A stretch of DNA of 64,000 bases, from assembly GCF_964204645.1 (NCBI RefSeq), contig NC_134033.1, positions 14,578,655 to 14,642,654 of the forward strand, in the 5' to 3' direction. Source of the DNA: Tubulanus polymorphus. Taxonomy: Eukaryota > Animalia > Nemertea. Shown piece by piece: positions 14,501 through 27,949 of the stretch (the stretch's first letter is position 1; each line of letters starts with the position of its first letter). The notes under the pieces were generated by a model. That model was not told the DNA's origin. It ran no database searches and worked only from the letters and a program-made list of their open reading frames with translations. The position numbers and the translations under genes were made by a program.

Positions 14501-15130
14501 CTATATATGAATGAATGAATGAATGAATTTCATTTTGCAAAATAAATTGTTACAGCATCATAGAATGTTCATTATGAATAATCGCATGAAATATTTGCCA
14601 ACCTGATGCCTAGTTCACTGCCATATTCATGCAAAAATAACCATCTGCCGATCCCGGTACCAACGACCTTGACGTCTGTTCGATCATCATCTCCGATTAT
14701 CTCTTCACGAATGAAGGTCGCAGCATCGCTTAGGTCAAGGCTACTGAAGGTCACCATTTTTATCTTGACCTAAGATTTTCAAAAAAAGATTTTTATGCGG
14801 AATACCAACAGCGAAACAGGTAATGGATTGGTAACGTAAACAAAGTCAAGGATATACCGTACCTGATTTCGGCCTCCAGCGGTGTAGGCCAACTTGAACA
14901 ACGATCCTCCTAATTGTGAATGAATAGATACATAGGATTAATTTCATCTCATCCTGCAATCCCATGCATTCCAGAATCCTCTGTAAATGTGATTTTAGGA
15001 ACACGGCATGACAAAACTACTTACCTGCGTCAAAAGTATAGATCCTCTTGTCTCCAGGCAACGCCGTCGAAGGCAAAACAAGTTCCTCTTCATTAAAATA
15101 CTTTTTCATTTTGTTCTGGGTCGCCGCCAT
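11525..15130 (-). CDS. PANK4-type pantothenate kinase-like protein, copy A (~370 aa, kinase domain only)
   Basis: Exons 15025-15130, 14863-14909, 14603-14769, 14184-14430, 13929-14021, 13554-13716, 12566-12759, 11525-11620, all GT-AG and in frame. Motifs DAGGSLFKLAY, LTDEFACFGKG, FCGSG, KEDLARSLLHMIGSDI, FMKFEGYIGAIGA. Confidence 0.9.
12822..13066. mobile_element. MITE in intron 6 of copy A
   Basis: TIR CAGGGGCAGATCTAGCCT / AGGCTAGATCCGCCCTG. Related ends at ~11272 and ~13795. Confidence 0.65.
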
Positions 15131-15970
15131 TTTCTATATTGGTTAAACACATAGATATCGATTTTGTTCAGGTTCATAGTCAAAACCCGATGACGCAACT
15201 GATAATCAAACGATCAAATTAGGTTTTTAGATATTACGTGTTATCAGGGTTCAAAGTGTACATAACCAATCTCATTCAATGACTTTCAAGGACTTTTTTG
15301 AGTCCGATTTCAGCACTTTAGATGCCATCTGTTGACAAACGTAAGCACTAGAAAACCAAAATATAGACATTATTTTCTTGTATTTACTTAAAAGTATTTT
15401 CATTGTGTTCATCTGAATCCAAATTTATTGGCATTTATATTTAATAGCGTTAAAGAACTGTAAAAATGTTTTAAACGTTCCCTGAAATGATTTTACAGAT
15501 TTATATCGCACACCAATTGTATCTGTATCGAATATAGAAATATATTGTTTCCCCTTCCACATGACTGTACAAAAAATTCTACAATTTTGCCATGATTGAA
15601 TCACATTACGTAAGGGATTACGTAGCGTGGCCAAGTTACGTCATTACTGACGTAATGTGATTCAATCGTAATAATCTAAACTTATGAAATCAACCTCGGG
15701 GGGACGGACGGCGCTTCAGGGATCGTACATAACCCCTTCCTTCAACACTCTACTATATATTTTGTATCGATACAACTGTAAATATTGTGAACGAAATCCC
15801 ATCTTTAAAAAAAAACAAAAATAAAAACAATAAATTTGATCTCTACGTCGTTCCTATATAACAATTGTATAGATATGAACAATAAATCGATAGTTTTGTT
15901 AAACGCATGCGTTACTTGGTATTTTCCTATCAAGAGCACTCGCCTAATTCGAGGATTCACACACAGAGCG

Positions 15971-16055
15971 TAGACTGGTTGCCGGTCTCTACCTTCAGTT
16001 AGACTATTCTGACTGCGAATGCAGGTGGCGCAGAATTGGACAGGCGACCAGTCTA
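15971..16055. mobile_element. Small MITE
   Basis: TAGACTGGTTGCC / GGCGACCAGTCTA, flanked by near-identical 10-mers ACACAGAGCG / ATACAGAGCG. Confidence 0.55.
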
Positions 16056-16271
16056 ATACAGAGCGTTGAACAGAATAGTTTGAGAAAATGTAAAGACGGT
16101 TCGAGCCTCATAAAACATATATATAAAATACAGACCAACCCCAGAAGTGAAATAAAGAGGTAAACGATTCGGAGGAATATATTATTTCTTTATTTTTCGT
16201 ATCTCGTTGTTTTAACATTTTGAACGACGGTTCGGATTTATTTTTTTAAATTCAGCTACCCGCATTGATTT

Positions 16272-19200
16272 TTATTTCTTAGCTTGAAAATGATCTATTA
16301 TTGCACCCAGTACTCCTATATACCCTTCAAATTTGAGATACCGCGGATAAACCGGCCAGCCAACCGTCTGCAATGTGAATTAAATGAAAATGATGAGAAC
16401 TTTTGTCGTTGACAGGAATGAAACAGGAATTTAAACAGGAAAAAAAGATTAAAATTGATTAAAATGTTGAATAAACTGTGATTTTTTTTAGATTTCGCTG
16501 CATATCAAGCGGTCGCGTGTTTGATTTTGTTTTCCGGAATGAAATGAATCTGTTGAATGTGGGGTTGTGGTTCACTTTTACGTCGTACCAAGAAAAAATT
16601 GCCATCATTTATTGTCTTATGAAATAACGCAAAGAATATGGTTATCCTACTTACGTTAGTGACCGTCGGAAGTCGAGCGAGGTATTGCTTGGCTATATCA
16701 CCTTTGGCGAAAAACGATCCGGCCAGGTAACACTTATTCAGTTTATAGGCTTTAGCTAATCCGAGTACTGTCGTTATCACACTATCGCATACCATGTGTA
16801 ACAGTGACCTCGCTAGATCTTCTTTTCGTGGATTCTTTATACCTATGGATGAAAGACAAATCGGTTGAAAGGAAAGGTAGATGAGGTACCATTGATTCCG
16901 ATAGGTTATAGTTACAGTATGATACTAAACAGTCCTGCAAAATAGCAGTTGATAGACTACCCAGAGGAGGGGGGAAGAAACTTTTGGAAAAGCGCCCTTT
17001 TTGCAAATATTATTGTTATATCCAAAATACCTTTCCTTCTTCGGATATCTCAGCCAACTCACCCCCCCCCCCTCCGATTCAAATGCTGAGTAAGGCTCCT
17101 CTATTTTGACTAACAAATATTCACCATGCGATTTTTTAAGTCTGACCTTTTCGCACTATATTTCCGAATGGAAAAACCTCGAAAACGAAATCGGTTTTCT
17201 CGTTGAAAGCTTGAAGATCCATTTCGGCGTATTCACCGACAGACATATCATCAAGGGTCGTAGTACAAACACGTGAGTCTCCATTCCCGGCAAATTCCAT
17301 CAATTCCTCGTAACTCTATATAACAAAAATATACGGATAAAACTGTTGAGATCCCGAAACGGAGATATAAGCCGTCTGGACGGGTGGACATCTGGTACGG
17401 ACGCTGAGATAAATCAGGGTTCGGATAATTGAACGATTTAGTTCGTTCGACAGTACGCCTATTAGAAATACGTACGCCGTTTTTTGAAAGCTCAGATCGA
17501 AAGAAAGTATGCAACATTTCATGTTACGTCGTATATGCACGTATGCAAGTTACCTTTGCACCTGTCAGAACCTTTCCGAGTGAATGAAATGCTAAACCAG
17601 CAGCCGCAGCACCGCCTACCATGTCAACCGAACCGTCTTCATCGACCTTAACAATTCAAACAAAAGCTGCTATTTTATTTCTGCTGTAATACATTAGATA
17701 ATGTTATTATTCTGCTGTAATACATCGTTAATCGGTTTTGGAAGCTGATGCTGTTTTATGGAACCCCAGTTGTAACTTTGTGCTTTGTGTCATTCCTGTG
17801 TTTTGTCCTTTTTTATTACGAATTGTTTAAATGTCGGGCGCAAGCGTTTTGTAAGTTTTAACTGATTAAAGATTGAATTCGAATTTATAAAGTGTTCGCT
17901 GAAAACAAACCGTGACGTCACACAAAAACGCAGTTTAAATTTTTAATGTATATGCAAATGAACTGGCGTGATACAAAGCAATTGGGCATTATAAAAGTGA
18001 CGTCAAATCGCAGGAAATCAATGTTATACGTTTTATCGATGAACGCATTATTTAGTGTGATGTGGCTAGCAGGAAGCTAGAAACGATGTCGGTCGGTCAA
18101 TTAAGTGTTTTCAATTTCTTACAGCAAAGATTCCCCGCAACGACGGAACTCACCAGTATAAATCCGAGACCACTACCAAAAAACCCGAGCAGAGCCGGAA
18201 ACGAATCCTTTTTCGCTCTCATCGTCAGCTCTTCTTCTTCGGTGACTTTAACGAATGACGAGTTATTCATGCCGAGTTCGGCTCTGCTCGGTACGGTCGC
18301 GTCTTCGTACGGATGTAGATACGCCGGTTCGTCCAACTCTGTCAGCATGTAATGCAATCCTTTCCCAAAACACACGAACTCATCGGTGAAATTGTTGTCT
18401 CTGGAAATGGTAGTGGAAAAGAACTGATTATCATATTGCAGATAACGATAAGGACCTCCCGTCCGATTCTCAGGGCTAACACCCCCTTGGGGTTCCTTCT
18501 TGTCCCTTTTCTTTACAACGCTTTACAATGTAGAAGTACTCTCTTTAACATTTCTTTTTCATTTGTGTAATAGTTATGACTGTATTTTTGTAATGTACTT
18601 TTTAGTTAAGAAATAAACTATTAACAACAATCACAACCGCACTTGATGTTTGGAACAATAATCATTGTTCAAGATATAAAGATAAACTTCGTGGTATTTT
18701 GATATACAATTTTTCCTTTTTACTTGATATCGAATTTGTTGGACAGTTTCTCCATGTTTATTCGGCTGCCGATTCCGGAACCGTAGGCTGTGACGTCATC
18801 CCTCTTTCCGGTTTCGAGTATCTCCTTCTCGATGAAGTTCAAAGCATCGTCGAGGTCATGGTTGCTGAAGGTCACCATTTTAATCTTTACCTGCGCGCGC
18901 GCAGGTTTAACATAAAAAGAACGAAGGTTTTCAAGGTCGAAAATATGACGACGGGCGCATTGGAAACATGGGATATAAGGCATTGCACCTACTACGAGGT
19001 GCAATTAAACATGAACTTACCTGACTTTTGTCGTCTGAACTGACCGCGTAAGCCAGCTTGAACAAAGATCCACCTGATAATCAATTAGATAATCTACTTC
19101 AGTCAATTACCAGGAGGCAGAATTTGACAGGAACATATGGAAAGGGCATGCAGTTCAAAAAGGAAATATCCAAGCTGTACCAGGGGCCTTGAAAATTATG

Positions 19201-19732
19201 AAATTTCAGGGCATCTTAATGCAATGCCCTGGGACTTAAGTGACTAGGCCAATGTCTTGTGCAGCTTGTGCCATGAACAAAATTGCAAGCCATTGTTTTT
19301 CAAAAGACGGAGAAGAATTGCGACGGGAAGCATGTGCTCCTTGTACTCCCGTCCGGATCCACCCTTGGGGCGCTCTAATGATTGTACTTCGTGCAAATTA
19401 TTTCACACTATATTTGCAGATCAAATACATATTTTCATCGATGCTGTGTTCAAGAAAAAAACTGCCATCGTTTATTGCATCTTATCTGAATACGTAAATC
19501 GTTAAGATTGAACTCAGGAAGAAAAGGCTTTAGAACATGTTGAAGTTTGACAGTTTTCAAATGAAACCAAACCGAATACTATATCGAGAGTAATGGAACA
19601 AATGGGCAATCATCGGTCCTTAATAACATACTTACCCATATCATAGGAGAAAATCCGTTTGCCATCGGGCAGCGTCAATGGCAAAACGAGTTCCTCTTCG
19701 TTAAAGTATTTCTTGTGATTAGTTGCCGACAT
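16272..19732 (-). CDS. PANK4-type pantothenate kinase-like protein, copy B (~369 aa)
   Basis: Exons 19636-19732, 19021-19073, 18724-18890, 18154-18400, 17554-17646, 17147-17315, 16655-16842, 16272-16367. Motifs DMGGSLFKLAY, TDEFVCFGKG, FFGSG, VDMVGG, KEDLARSLLH, YLKFEGYIGVLGA. Confidence 0.9.
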
Positions 19733-20626
19733 TATGTCGTTTCTGCCTACGTCGGTGTACTGAATATCTACTACGGGTCCGGTAAGCACTTTTTCACACA
19801 ATCTCGGTGACGCCCTACTGACCGTAATGATAAAACTACACTATCACACACAACACTGATCGCGTGTGGGTTCGGAAACAATTAACTAAACTTTACCAAT
19901 CAGCGATATAACTATATAATGATATATATTGTTCATAACATGAACTTGATTCCATGATTATCTCTACTAATAATATGCGAGCATTTAAAAATCATATAAT
20001 ATGCGAGCATTTAAAAATCATATACGGTGCACTGTAATGCTTTAATTAGGCCCTATATAATTGAAGAAGTCCCATTCGCATTTGTTATTAACTAACAGCC
20101 ATCCTGAGGAGGAATGATGCCGATGGCTGTTAGTCAATAGCCGAAACGTTTTGGATTCATTCACATAAATTTTATCGTATAAAAATTCGAATCGTTGGAC
20201 TTACGGATTAGAGTGTTTTTTCGACTTCTATTGGCCGTATAGTTTCTTCGTATCTGGAAACACCGTAAAGTGTTTCTTAAAGAGATCTTTCACGAACAGG
20301 AAAATACTCTTTGATCTCGACCGCGCAGACAATTAGCCCTAACGCGTGTTGTGGTTTATATCTATTTACGTTTTTCCTATAAAATATAAATATTGCAACT
20401 CTTCGTAGAAATCCCTGAATATCATTTTTAGTACCAAAGGCTTAAAACAGGTTTCGCGCTCTCGTTAGTAGTGTCTTTCATTCCGCAGTGGAGGTCACGA
20501 TAAACTCTTTCTGTGCCATATATATCGCTAAAAAATTATTATCATGATTAGCGAGTGCATGAACGTCAAGTATTAACGCGTCGAGTGCTAGCTGTGCGAG
20601 AAACGTCGAGAAAAACTTACGCAATA
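19733..20626. promoter_or_regulatory. Probable bidirectional promoter between PanK-like copies B and C
   Basis: The two ATGs are ~0.9 kb apart, head-to-head. TATA-like TATAAAATATAAA at ~20378-20390; a 26-bp tandem duplication at ~19970-20021. Confidence 0.5.
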
Positions 20627-22784
20627 ATGGCTACAGCAGCAGCAAAGAACGTTAAGAAGTTTTTCAATGAGGAAGAACTTGAACTACCGCTGGCAATGCC
20701 TAAAGGCAAGAAGCTCTTTTCGTATGATATGGGTAAGTTTCATGGACAAAACTCCGTTGTTGCAACATCAAAATATATACCATATTTGTGTCAATTGGTA
20801 TCAAACTGTTTCCCCGCTAATTAAAAAGTCTATCATTATGTACATTGTGTATGGCGATACATACGTAGTCTCGAAGTAGAGCCAAAAAATTCGAGGACAC
20901 CCCGGTTTTTTGAAGGGCTAAGTGCTCAGTATGTTGAACTACAGCTACGACTAAAATCCTACCGAAATAGATCTATTGTTATTTCGTTAAAAATGTCTCC
21001 AGTTTTCAACCGATTTATTATATTCAGGTGGATCTTTGTTCAAGTTGGCTTACATTGTCAATGCACACGGCGAAAGTAAGGTATTTCATTATCGCGATTA
21101 AGAAGAAGTAATTGAAAAAATTAAACCAAATCCGAGTGTATAGAAAACTGCACATCACGATATTATTGTCCTAGATCATCTAATTACAAGATATTTTCTA
21201 AATTGCTGAATGTTCTATATTTCGTCTAACAAAGACAAAGGTTAAAATGGTAACCTTCGACAACAACAACCTGGAAGATGCTTTGAACTTCATTGAAAAG
21301 GAAATCTTCGGAGATACCGACCGTAAAGATATCATCGCCATCGGGTCAGGCGTCGGTAGCCGTACTTACAAGAATAAAATGGCCGACAGATTCAAAATAA
21401 AGTAATTGAGTGAATTGTGCCAAGCCGACTCCACATTTGGAAGTCGTATCCTTGTTTCGTCTACATATATATATACTTTTCGACGCAGGGACATCAAGTT
21501 AACGGACGAGTTTGTCTGTTTCGGTAAAGGATTTCACTACATGTTGAAAAACATGGACGAGTCGCAGTACGTGTATCCATACACGGATATCCCTGTTCCG
21601 ACCCGCGCCGAAATGGGCATGGGTAACGTACAGGTAACTCACGTAACAGAAGACGAAGAAAAGAAGATGAGAGCGAAGAAGGATCTATTTCCAGCCCTGC
21701 TCGGTTTCTGCGGTAGTGGTATGGCTTTTATGATTGTACGTAACTGATAGTTCTCATATAGTCTAAATCTAGATGGAATGGAAGTGGCGCATTTAAGTGA
21801 AACAATGTTTGTATGTATGATTCTATTTCCTACAGCTCAAAGAAGACGGGACGTTGGATATGGTAGGAGGGACAGCAATGGCCGGCATTGCATTCCATTC
21901 TATCGGCAGACTTTTGACCGGTGCTAAGGTATAGACCTACGTATATGTATTTATTTTGAAACAACTAACCCTTGACTCCTAAACAAATATGATCATGCTT
22001 TTTGATCTGTATAATCTTGGCAGATATTCTATTTTCCGTTACAGAGTTACGATGAACTGATGGATCTGGCTAAGAAAGGCGATTCGACCGTTTGTACGAC
22101 GACTATAGATGATCTCTCCGCAGATGGATACGCCGACATGGACATGAAGACATTCAAAAAGAAAGCGCCATTCGTTTTCGAGGTGTTCGCTTTCGGGAAT
22201 ATAGTTAGAAAAGGTCGTATAGTCTTATAGTAACGTCTTATTAAAAAAGGTCTCGAAACCTGCAAACTAGCATCATCTTAAAAATATCATAAGATCGAAA
22301 TTTCGTTGTTTGCTTTGTGATCAGTAATGCACAACTATTAAGTACTGGGTCCTGAAAGCTGACTAACGAATATCACCGCTTACTTCAGGAATTGAGAATC
22401 CGAAGAAAGAAGATATCGCGAGTTCGTTATTGCACTTGGTTGGTGACTCGATCATGCACACGTCTATGTGCATAGCAACTCCTTATAAAATGAACAAAGT
22501 TTACTACGCCGGTTCGTTTTTCAAAAATAACGACATCGTGAAACAGTACATGACCCGGCTTCCGATGATGACTGTGGTAAGTAGTTGGAATAACACTGTC
22601 CTGAGACCGGACACGGGTAGCGAAGACCACACGTTGCAGTGAAAGGTCTTCTACAAGTTCTTTTCTATGCTTTATATTTTACTTACAGATGGTTGGCTGG
22701 CCGATTCATCCACGGTTTCTGAAGTTTGAAGGATACGTCGGTGTTCTAGGGGCGGTGATAGACTATTTGCAGTCTAACAAATAA
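20627..22784 (+). CDS. PANK4-type pantothenate kinase-like protein, copy C (~372 aa)
   Basis: Exons 20627-20732, 21028-21080, 21235-21401, 21489-21735, 21836-21928, 22045-22213, 22389-22576, 22689-22784. Exons 2-8 have the same sizes and phases as in copies B and D. Confidence 0.92.
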
Positions 22785-24074
22785 TGAAGGTGAAAACCCT
22801 GGACCACGTCAACTTAGTAGTACATATATACTATGATGCAACATTTTAATACAGATGAAGCACACAGTAGATATAGTGTTTGCTATTGCAACTTAAGATG
22901 TTTGATACCAAATACCCATTCTATCAGACCTTAATTCAATTAACTTAAATTTTACTGGAAAAGTCTGTGCAAATGGCTGAGCCCCGAAATTAGCCCATCA
23001 TGTACATCTGGCCTTTCTTTATCTTTGAAATGGCGAAAACCGACTGTTTTATTATGATATAAGAGATGTTGAGGTTCGTCGTAAATATGCCAAAGAAGAA
23101 ATACAATGTACGGGTAAAACCATGATTAAGACGAATTACGTATATATAAACGGAATTACTTCGTTAAGCATGTTTTGTAATTTCTACTTTAAATAATCAA
23201 AATATTATGCATAATGTTCCTAGCCTTAGTTCGTTATTTTTTATGGTTACGAGCATTGCTAGGAAACGGTTTAAGAACGATAGCACGTTCCAGCCCCCGG
23301 CTTGGAGATGTCCTTTTCTCAAATTGTATTTATGTGTGTATATTAATTATTTGTACTTAGAGAGAATAAAGCATTCATTCATTCATTCATTCATTGAAGT
23401 CGTGTCTCTGTGATGATATTTGAGGTGTGGAAACAAATCTACGTGACCAATATCGAATATACCTGTACTGATATACTCAAGTTCTCACTCCTTTAATGAT
23501 GTATGGCATGGAAACGCACAAAAGAAAGATTCCTGTGATATCACTTAAACGGTTCTGTAAGTTCATTTTGACAACTAAATTCCACGATCGAAATGGTTTG
23601 ACGGTAAAATAGTTGTTATTCTCAAAAATGTGTTTAAACCCAAAATTGTGGTCGTGTCACCTCCTGTGATGTGGTTATATCATTTTATGTGACCACAGTC
23701 TGTGAGATCATGATCAGATCGAGACGACAAACAAACCTTACACAGACCACTCATGCGCGATCTATAGATTGACCAAATACGTCGGATTTTGATTGTTCTG
23801 GTACAAACCAGTTTGTGGCCTGTACGACAATAGGTCACGTTGATATTATGTGATGAAGGTAGTGGCCCTACTGAATGTCTGTTCTGTACACGAGAATTTC
23901 AAAATGAAACAACGGGCGGGTAGACGGTGAATTTTTCCTAGGTAATTTAAGTCCATCATTATTACATTTCCTGTGAGAAAAAAAGACCCAGTACCAGAAT
24001 AATTTGATTTGATTAGCATTTTTACAGTTTTCAGGTGCCATGTTTTTTGGTACCAGCTGGGGTCCTATTGTTGG

Positions 24075-24667
24075 ATTATTGTTCCAATTCTTTTACAATT
24101 GAATCCAAATTTTTCATGTGAAAGAAAGGAAAACGAATAGAAACAAATCTCTCGATAGAAATCACTATAACTGTGTAGTTGGGTGCGGACATTGCCTGGT
24201 AATAAAATAGGTTCCGAAATATACACAATGGAAACAATCTACTAGGCAGATAATAGAAATACTTATAGAAATAGTAAAGTGATGGACATAGTTTACTGTG
24301 TTTAGCGAATGTCAGATACGTTTCGTCACATTCTTTATAAAGTCCTAGTAATTACAAAGACTTTCAAATACCAAGGGAATCGCTCTAGCTGGATAAACAC
24401 GTAAAGTTGATCTGAAAACGCGAGAGTTATTATGAGATAGGGGAACGTGTAACGAACTGACTGATATCTGCGACACTTTATCAGTAAAATTAATGTCAGA
24501 AAGTTAAACACACTTCCCGGTGGAAGCAAGAAAACATATTTGAAGAGTCTGTTGTATTTATAAATGAAGTTGGTAAATCTTCTGAAAGCCATGATATAAT
24601 CCGGTGTCTTCACAGCAGTGCGGTATATTCTACGAGTTGTAGTGGTGATAGTGGTTAAATTATCCAT
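24075..24667 (-). pseudogene. Class A (rhodopsin-like) GPCR pseudogene, copy 1
   Basis: MDNLTTITTT...PPGSVFNFLT (TM1), LAFSD (TM2). A 5-nt deletion near 24348 relative to copy 2 shifts the frame; stops follow. Confidence 0.75.
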
Positions 24668-25633
24668 GACAAGAACAGAACTGTTTGATACGACAATCTG
24701 TGTAGTAACTGCTTCTCTCAAATTGTGTGTTACTGCAGAACCACCATTTCAAAATGCTTCCTTCACAGAACACTATATAATCAGCATCGCAACATTTCAC
24801 ACGCTCTGTTGAAATTACCCGTTACATGAGTCGCTCTGAGAGTTACTAAAAATCAAAATAAGCCAAAGCTTCATATTGAAATTCACAGCAGTTTTTAGAT
24901 TTGAATTTATACACATTGCTATTCGCGACCCAGAATTCTTATTTTATGAATGAAGTCGTGTCTCTGTGATGATATTTGAGGTGTGGAAACAAATCTACGT
25001 GACCAATATCGAATATACCTGTACTGATATACTCAAGTTCTCACTCCTTTAATGATATATGGCATGGAAACACACAAATAAGATTCTTGTGATATTACTT
25101 AAACGGTTCGGTAAGTCCATTTTGACAACTAAATGGTTTGACGGTAAAATAGTTGTTATTCTCAACATGTGTTTAAACCCAAAATTGTGGTCGTGTCACC
25201 TCCTGTGATGTGGTTATATCATTTTATGTGACCACAGTCTGTGAGATCATGATCAGATCGAGACGACAAACAAACCTTACACAGACCACTCATGCGCGAT
25301 CTATAGATTGACCAAATACGTCGGATTTTGATTGTTCTGGTACAAACCAGTTTGTGGCCTGTACGACAATAGGTCGCGTTATTGTAACGTGATGAAGGTA
25401 GTGGCCCTACTGAATGTCTGTTCTGTACACGAGAATCTCAAAATGAAACACCAGGCGGGTGGACGGGGTTTTTTTCCTAGGTGATTTAAGTCCATCATTA
25501 TAACATTTCCTGTGAGAAAAAAGACCCAGTACCAGAAGAATTTGATTTGATAGATAATAAGCATTTTTACAGTTTTCAGGTGCCATGATTTTGTGGTACC
25601 AGCTGAGATCGTATTGTTGGATCATTGCCCCAA

Positions 25634-26215
25634 TTATTTTCCAATTGAATCCAAATGTTTCATATGAAAGAAAGGAAAACGAATAGAAACAAATCTCTCG
25701 ATAGAAATCACTATAACTGCGTAGTTGGATGCAGACATTGCCTGGTAATAAAATAGGTTCCGAAATATACACAATGGAAACAATCTACTAGGCAGATAAT
25801 AGAAATACTTATAGAAATAGTAAAGTGATGGACATAGTTTACTGTGTTTGGCGAATGTCAGATACGTTTCGTCACATTCTTTATAAAGTCCTAGATAAGT
25901 AATTACAAAGTCTTTCAAATACCAAGGGAATCGCTCTAGCTGGATAAACACGTAAAGTTGATCTGAAAACGCGAGAGTTATGAGATAGGGGAACGTGAAA
26001 CGAACTGACTGATATCTGCGACACTTTATCAGCAAAATTATTGTCAGAAAGTTAAACACACTTCCCGGCGGAAGCAAGAAAACGTATTTGAAGAGTCTGT
26101 TATATTTATAAATGAAGTTGGTAAATATTCTGAAAGCCATGATATAATCCGGTGTCTTCACAGCAGTCCAGTATATTCTACGAGTTGTAGTGGTGATAGT
26201 GGTTAAACTATCCAT
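25634..26215 (-). pseudogene. Class A GPCR pseudogene, copy 2 (TM1-TM3 open, stop after the ERF motif)
   Basis: Intronless ORF with PPGSVFNFLTIILL (TM1), YLITLAFSD (TM2) and SASNYAVIVISIERFVSIRFPF (TM3, E/DRY-type). Followed by in-frame TAA/TGA and a TM4-like remnant (MLIIYQIKFFWYWVFFL). No TM5-7 found. Confidence 0.8.
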
Positions 26216-27075
26216 GACAAGAACAGAACTGTTTGATACGACAATCTGTGTTGTGACCGCTTCCCTCAAATTATGTGTTACTGCAGAACCGCCATTTCAA
26301 AATGCTTCCTTCACGGAACACTATATAATCATCTCAACACTTCACACGCTCTGTTGAAATTACTACTTACACGAGTTACTAAAAATCAAAATAAACCAAA
26401 GCTTCATATTGAAATTCACAGCAGTTTTTAGATTTGAATTTATACACATTGCTATTCGCGACCCAGAATTCTTATTTTATGAATGAAGTCGTGTTTCTGT
26501 GATGACATTTGAGGTGTGGAAACAAATCTACGTGACCAATATCGAATATACCTGTACTGATATACTCTAGTTCTCACTCCTTTTATGATATATGGCATGG
26601 AAACACACAAAAGAAAGATTCCTGTGATATCACTTAAACGGTTCGATAAGTCCATTTTGACAACTAAATTCCACTTGATCGAAATGGTTTGACGGTAAAA
26701 TAGTTGTTATTCTCAAAATGTGTTTCAACCCGAAATTTTGGTCGTGTCACCTCCTGTGATGTGGTTATATCATTTTATGTGACCACAGTCTGTGAGATCA
26801 TGATCAGATCGAGACGGCAAACAAACCTTACACAGACCACTCATGCGCGATCTATAGATTGACCAAATACGTCGGATTTTGATTGTTCTGGTACAAACCA
26901 GTTTGTGGCCTGTACGACAATAGGTCACGTTGATATTATGTGATGAAGGTAGTGGCCCTATTGAATGTCTGTTCTGTACACGAGAATTTCAAAATGAAAC
27001 AACGGGCGGGTAGACGGTGAATTTTTTCCTAGGTGATTTAAGTCCATCATTATAACATTTCCTGTGAGAAAAAAG

Positions 27076-27583
27076 TTGATACTTAACGATAGTTGTTACA
27101 TAATAATCATAGTCAGTCAAAACAATAAATTGTATAATCGTATAAATTTCGTATTTATGAAATCTAAATATATTTGAATAAAATGTCTTGATTTTATGTG
27201 AAAGTTCGGGATTTTTCTTTCATTGACTCCAGGACGTTTCGTCGTTCATCGCTTATCGCTGTGCGTTTCTTCGTTGCTCTAACTGACATGACAAAAAGTC
27301 GAAGTTTCCTGATTTTGTTGTTGTTGTTGTTATGTAACGATGGGTCTCCATCACTGATTGACAAACGCCACCTAATGTCGGGAGTATGGTACGCGAGAGC
27401 TGAGTTCGACACGCCAAAGAAAACTCTTTTGTCAGAAAGTTAAACACACTTCCCGGCGGAAGTTCTGTTATATTTATGAATGAAGTTGGTAAATCTTCTG
27501 AAAGCCATGATATAATCCGGTGTCTTCACAGCAGTCCAGTATATTCTACGAGTTGTAGTGGCGATAGTGGTTAAATTATCCAT
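27076..27583 (-). pseudogene. GPCR pseudogene, copy 3, rearranged
   Basis: Same N-terminus with a ~20-nt deletion before TM1. TM2-TM3 is replaced by ~350 bp of unrelated sequence (27076-27428). Confidence 0.7.
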
Positions 27584-27876
27584 GACAAGAACAGAACTGT
27601 TTGATACGACAATCTGTGTAGTGACCGCTTCTCTCGAATTGTATGTTACTGCAGAACCACCATTTCAAAATGCTTCCTTCACAGAACACTATATAATCAG
27701 CATCGCAACATTTCACAAGCTCTGTCGAAATTACCCGTTACATGAGTCGCTTTGAGAGTTACTAAAAATCAATCTAAAATAAACCAAAGCTTCATATTGA
27801 AATTCACAGCAGTTTTTAGATTTGAATTTATACACATTGCTATTCGCGACCCAGAATTTTTATTTCATGAATGAAG

Positions 27877-27949
27877 CATTCATTCATTCATTCATTCATT
27901 CATTCATTCATTCATTCATTCATTTATTCATTCATTCATTCATTCATTC
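27877..27949. repeat. (CATT)n microsatellite
   Basis: About 18 copies of CATT. Confidence 0.95.

Larger units (their letters stand above)
23396..27876. repeat. Three head-to-tail ~1.4-1.55 kb units (23396-24951, 24952-26484, 26485-27872) bounded by (CATT)n
   Basis: Each unit starts GAAGTCGTGT(C/T)TCTGTGATGA and ends TGCTATTCGCGACCCAGAATT...ATGAAT. (CATT)n tracts at 23372-23395 and 27877-27949. Confidence 0.93.
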
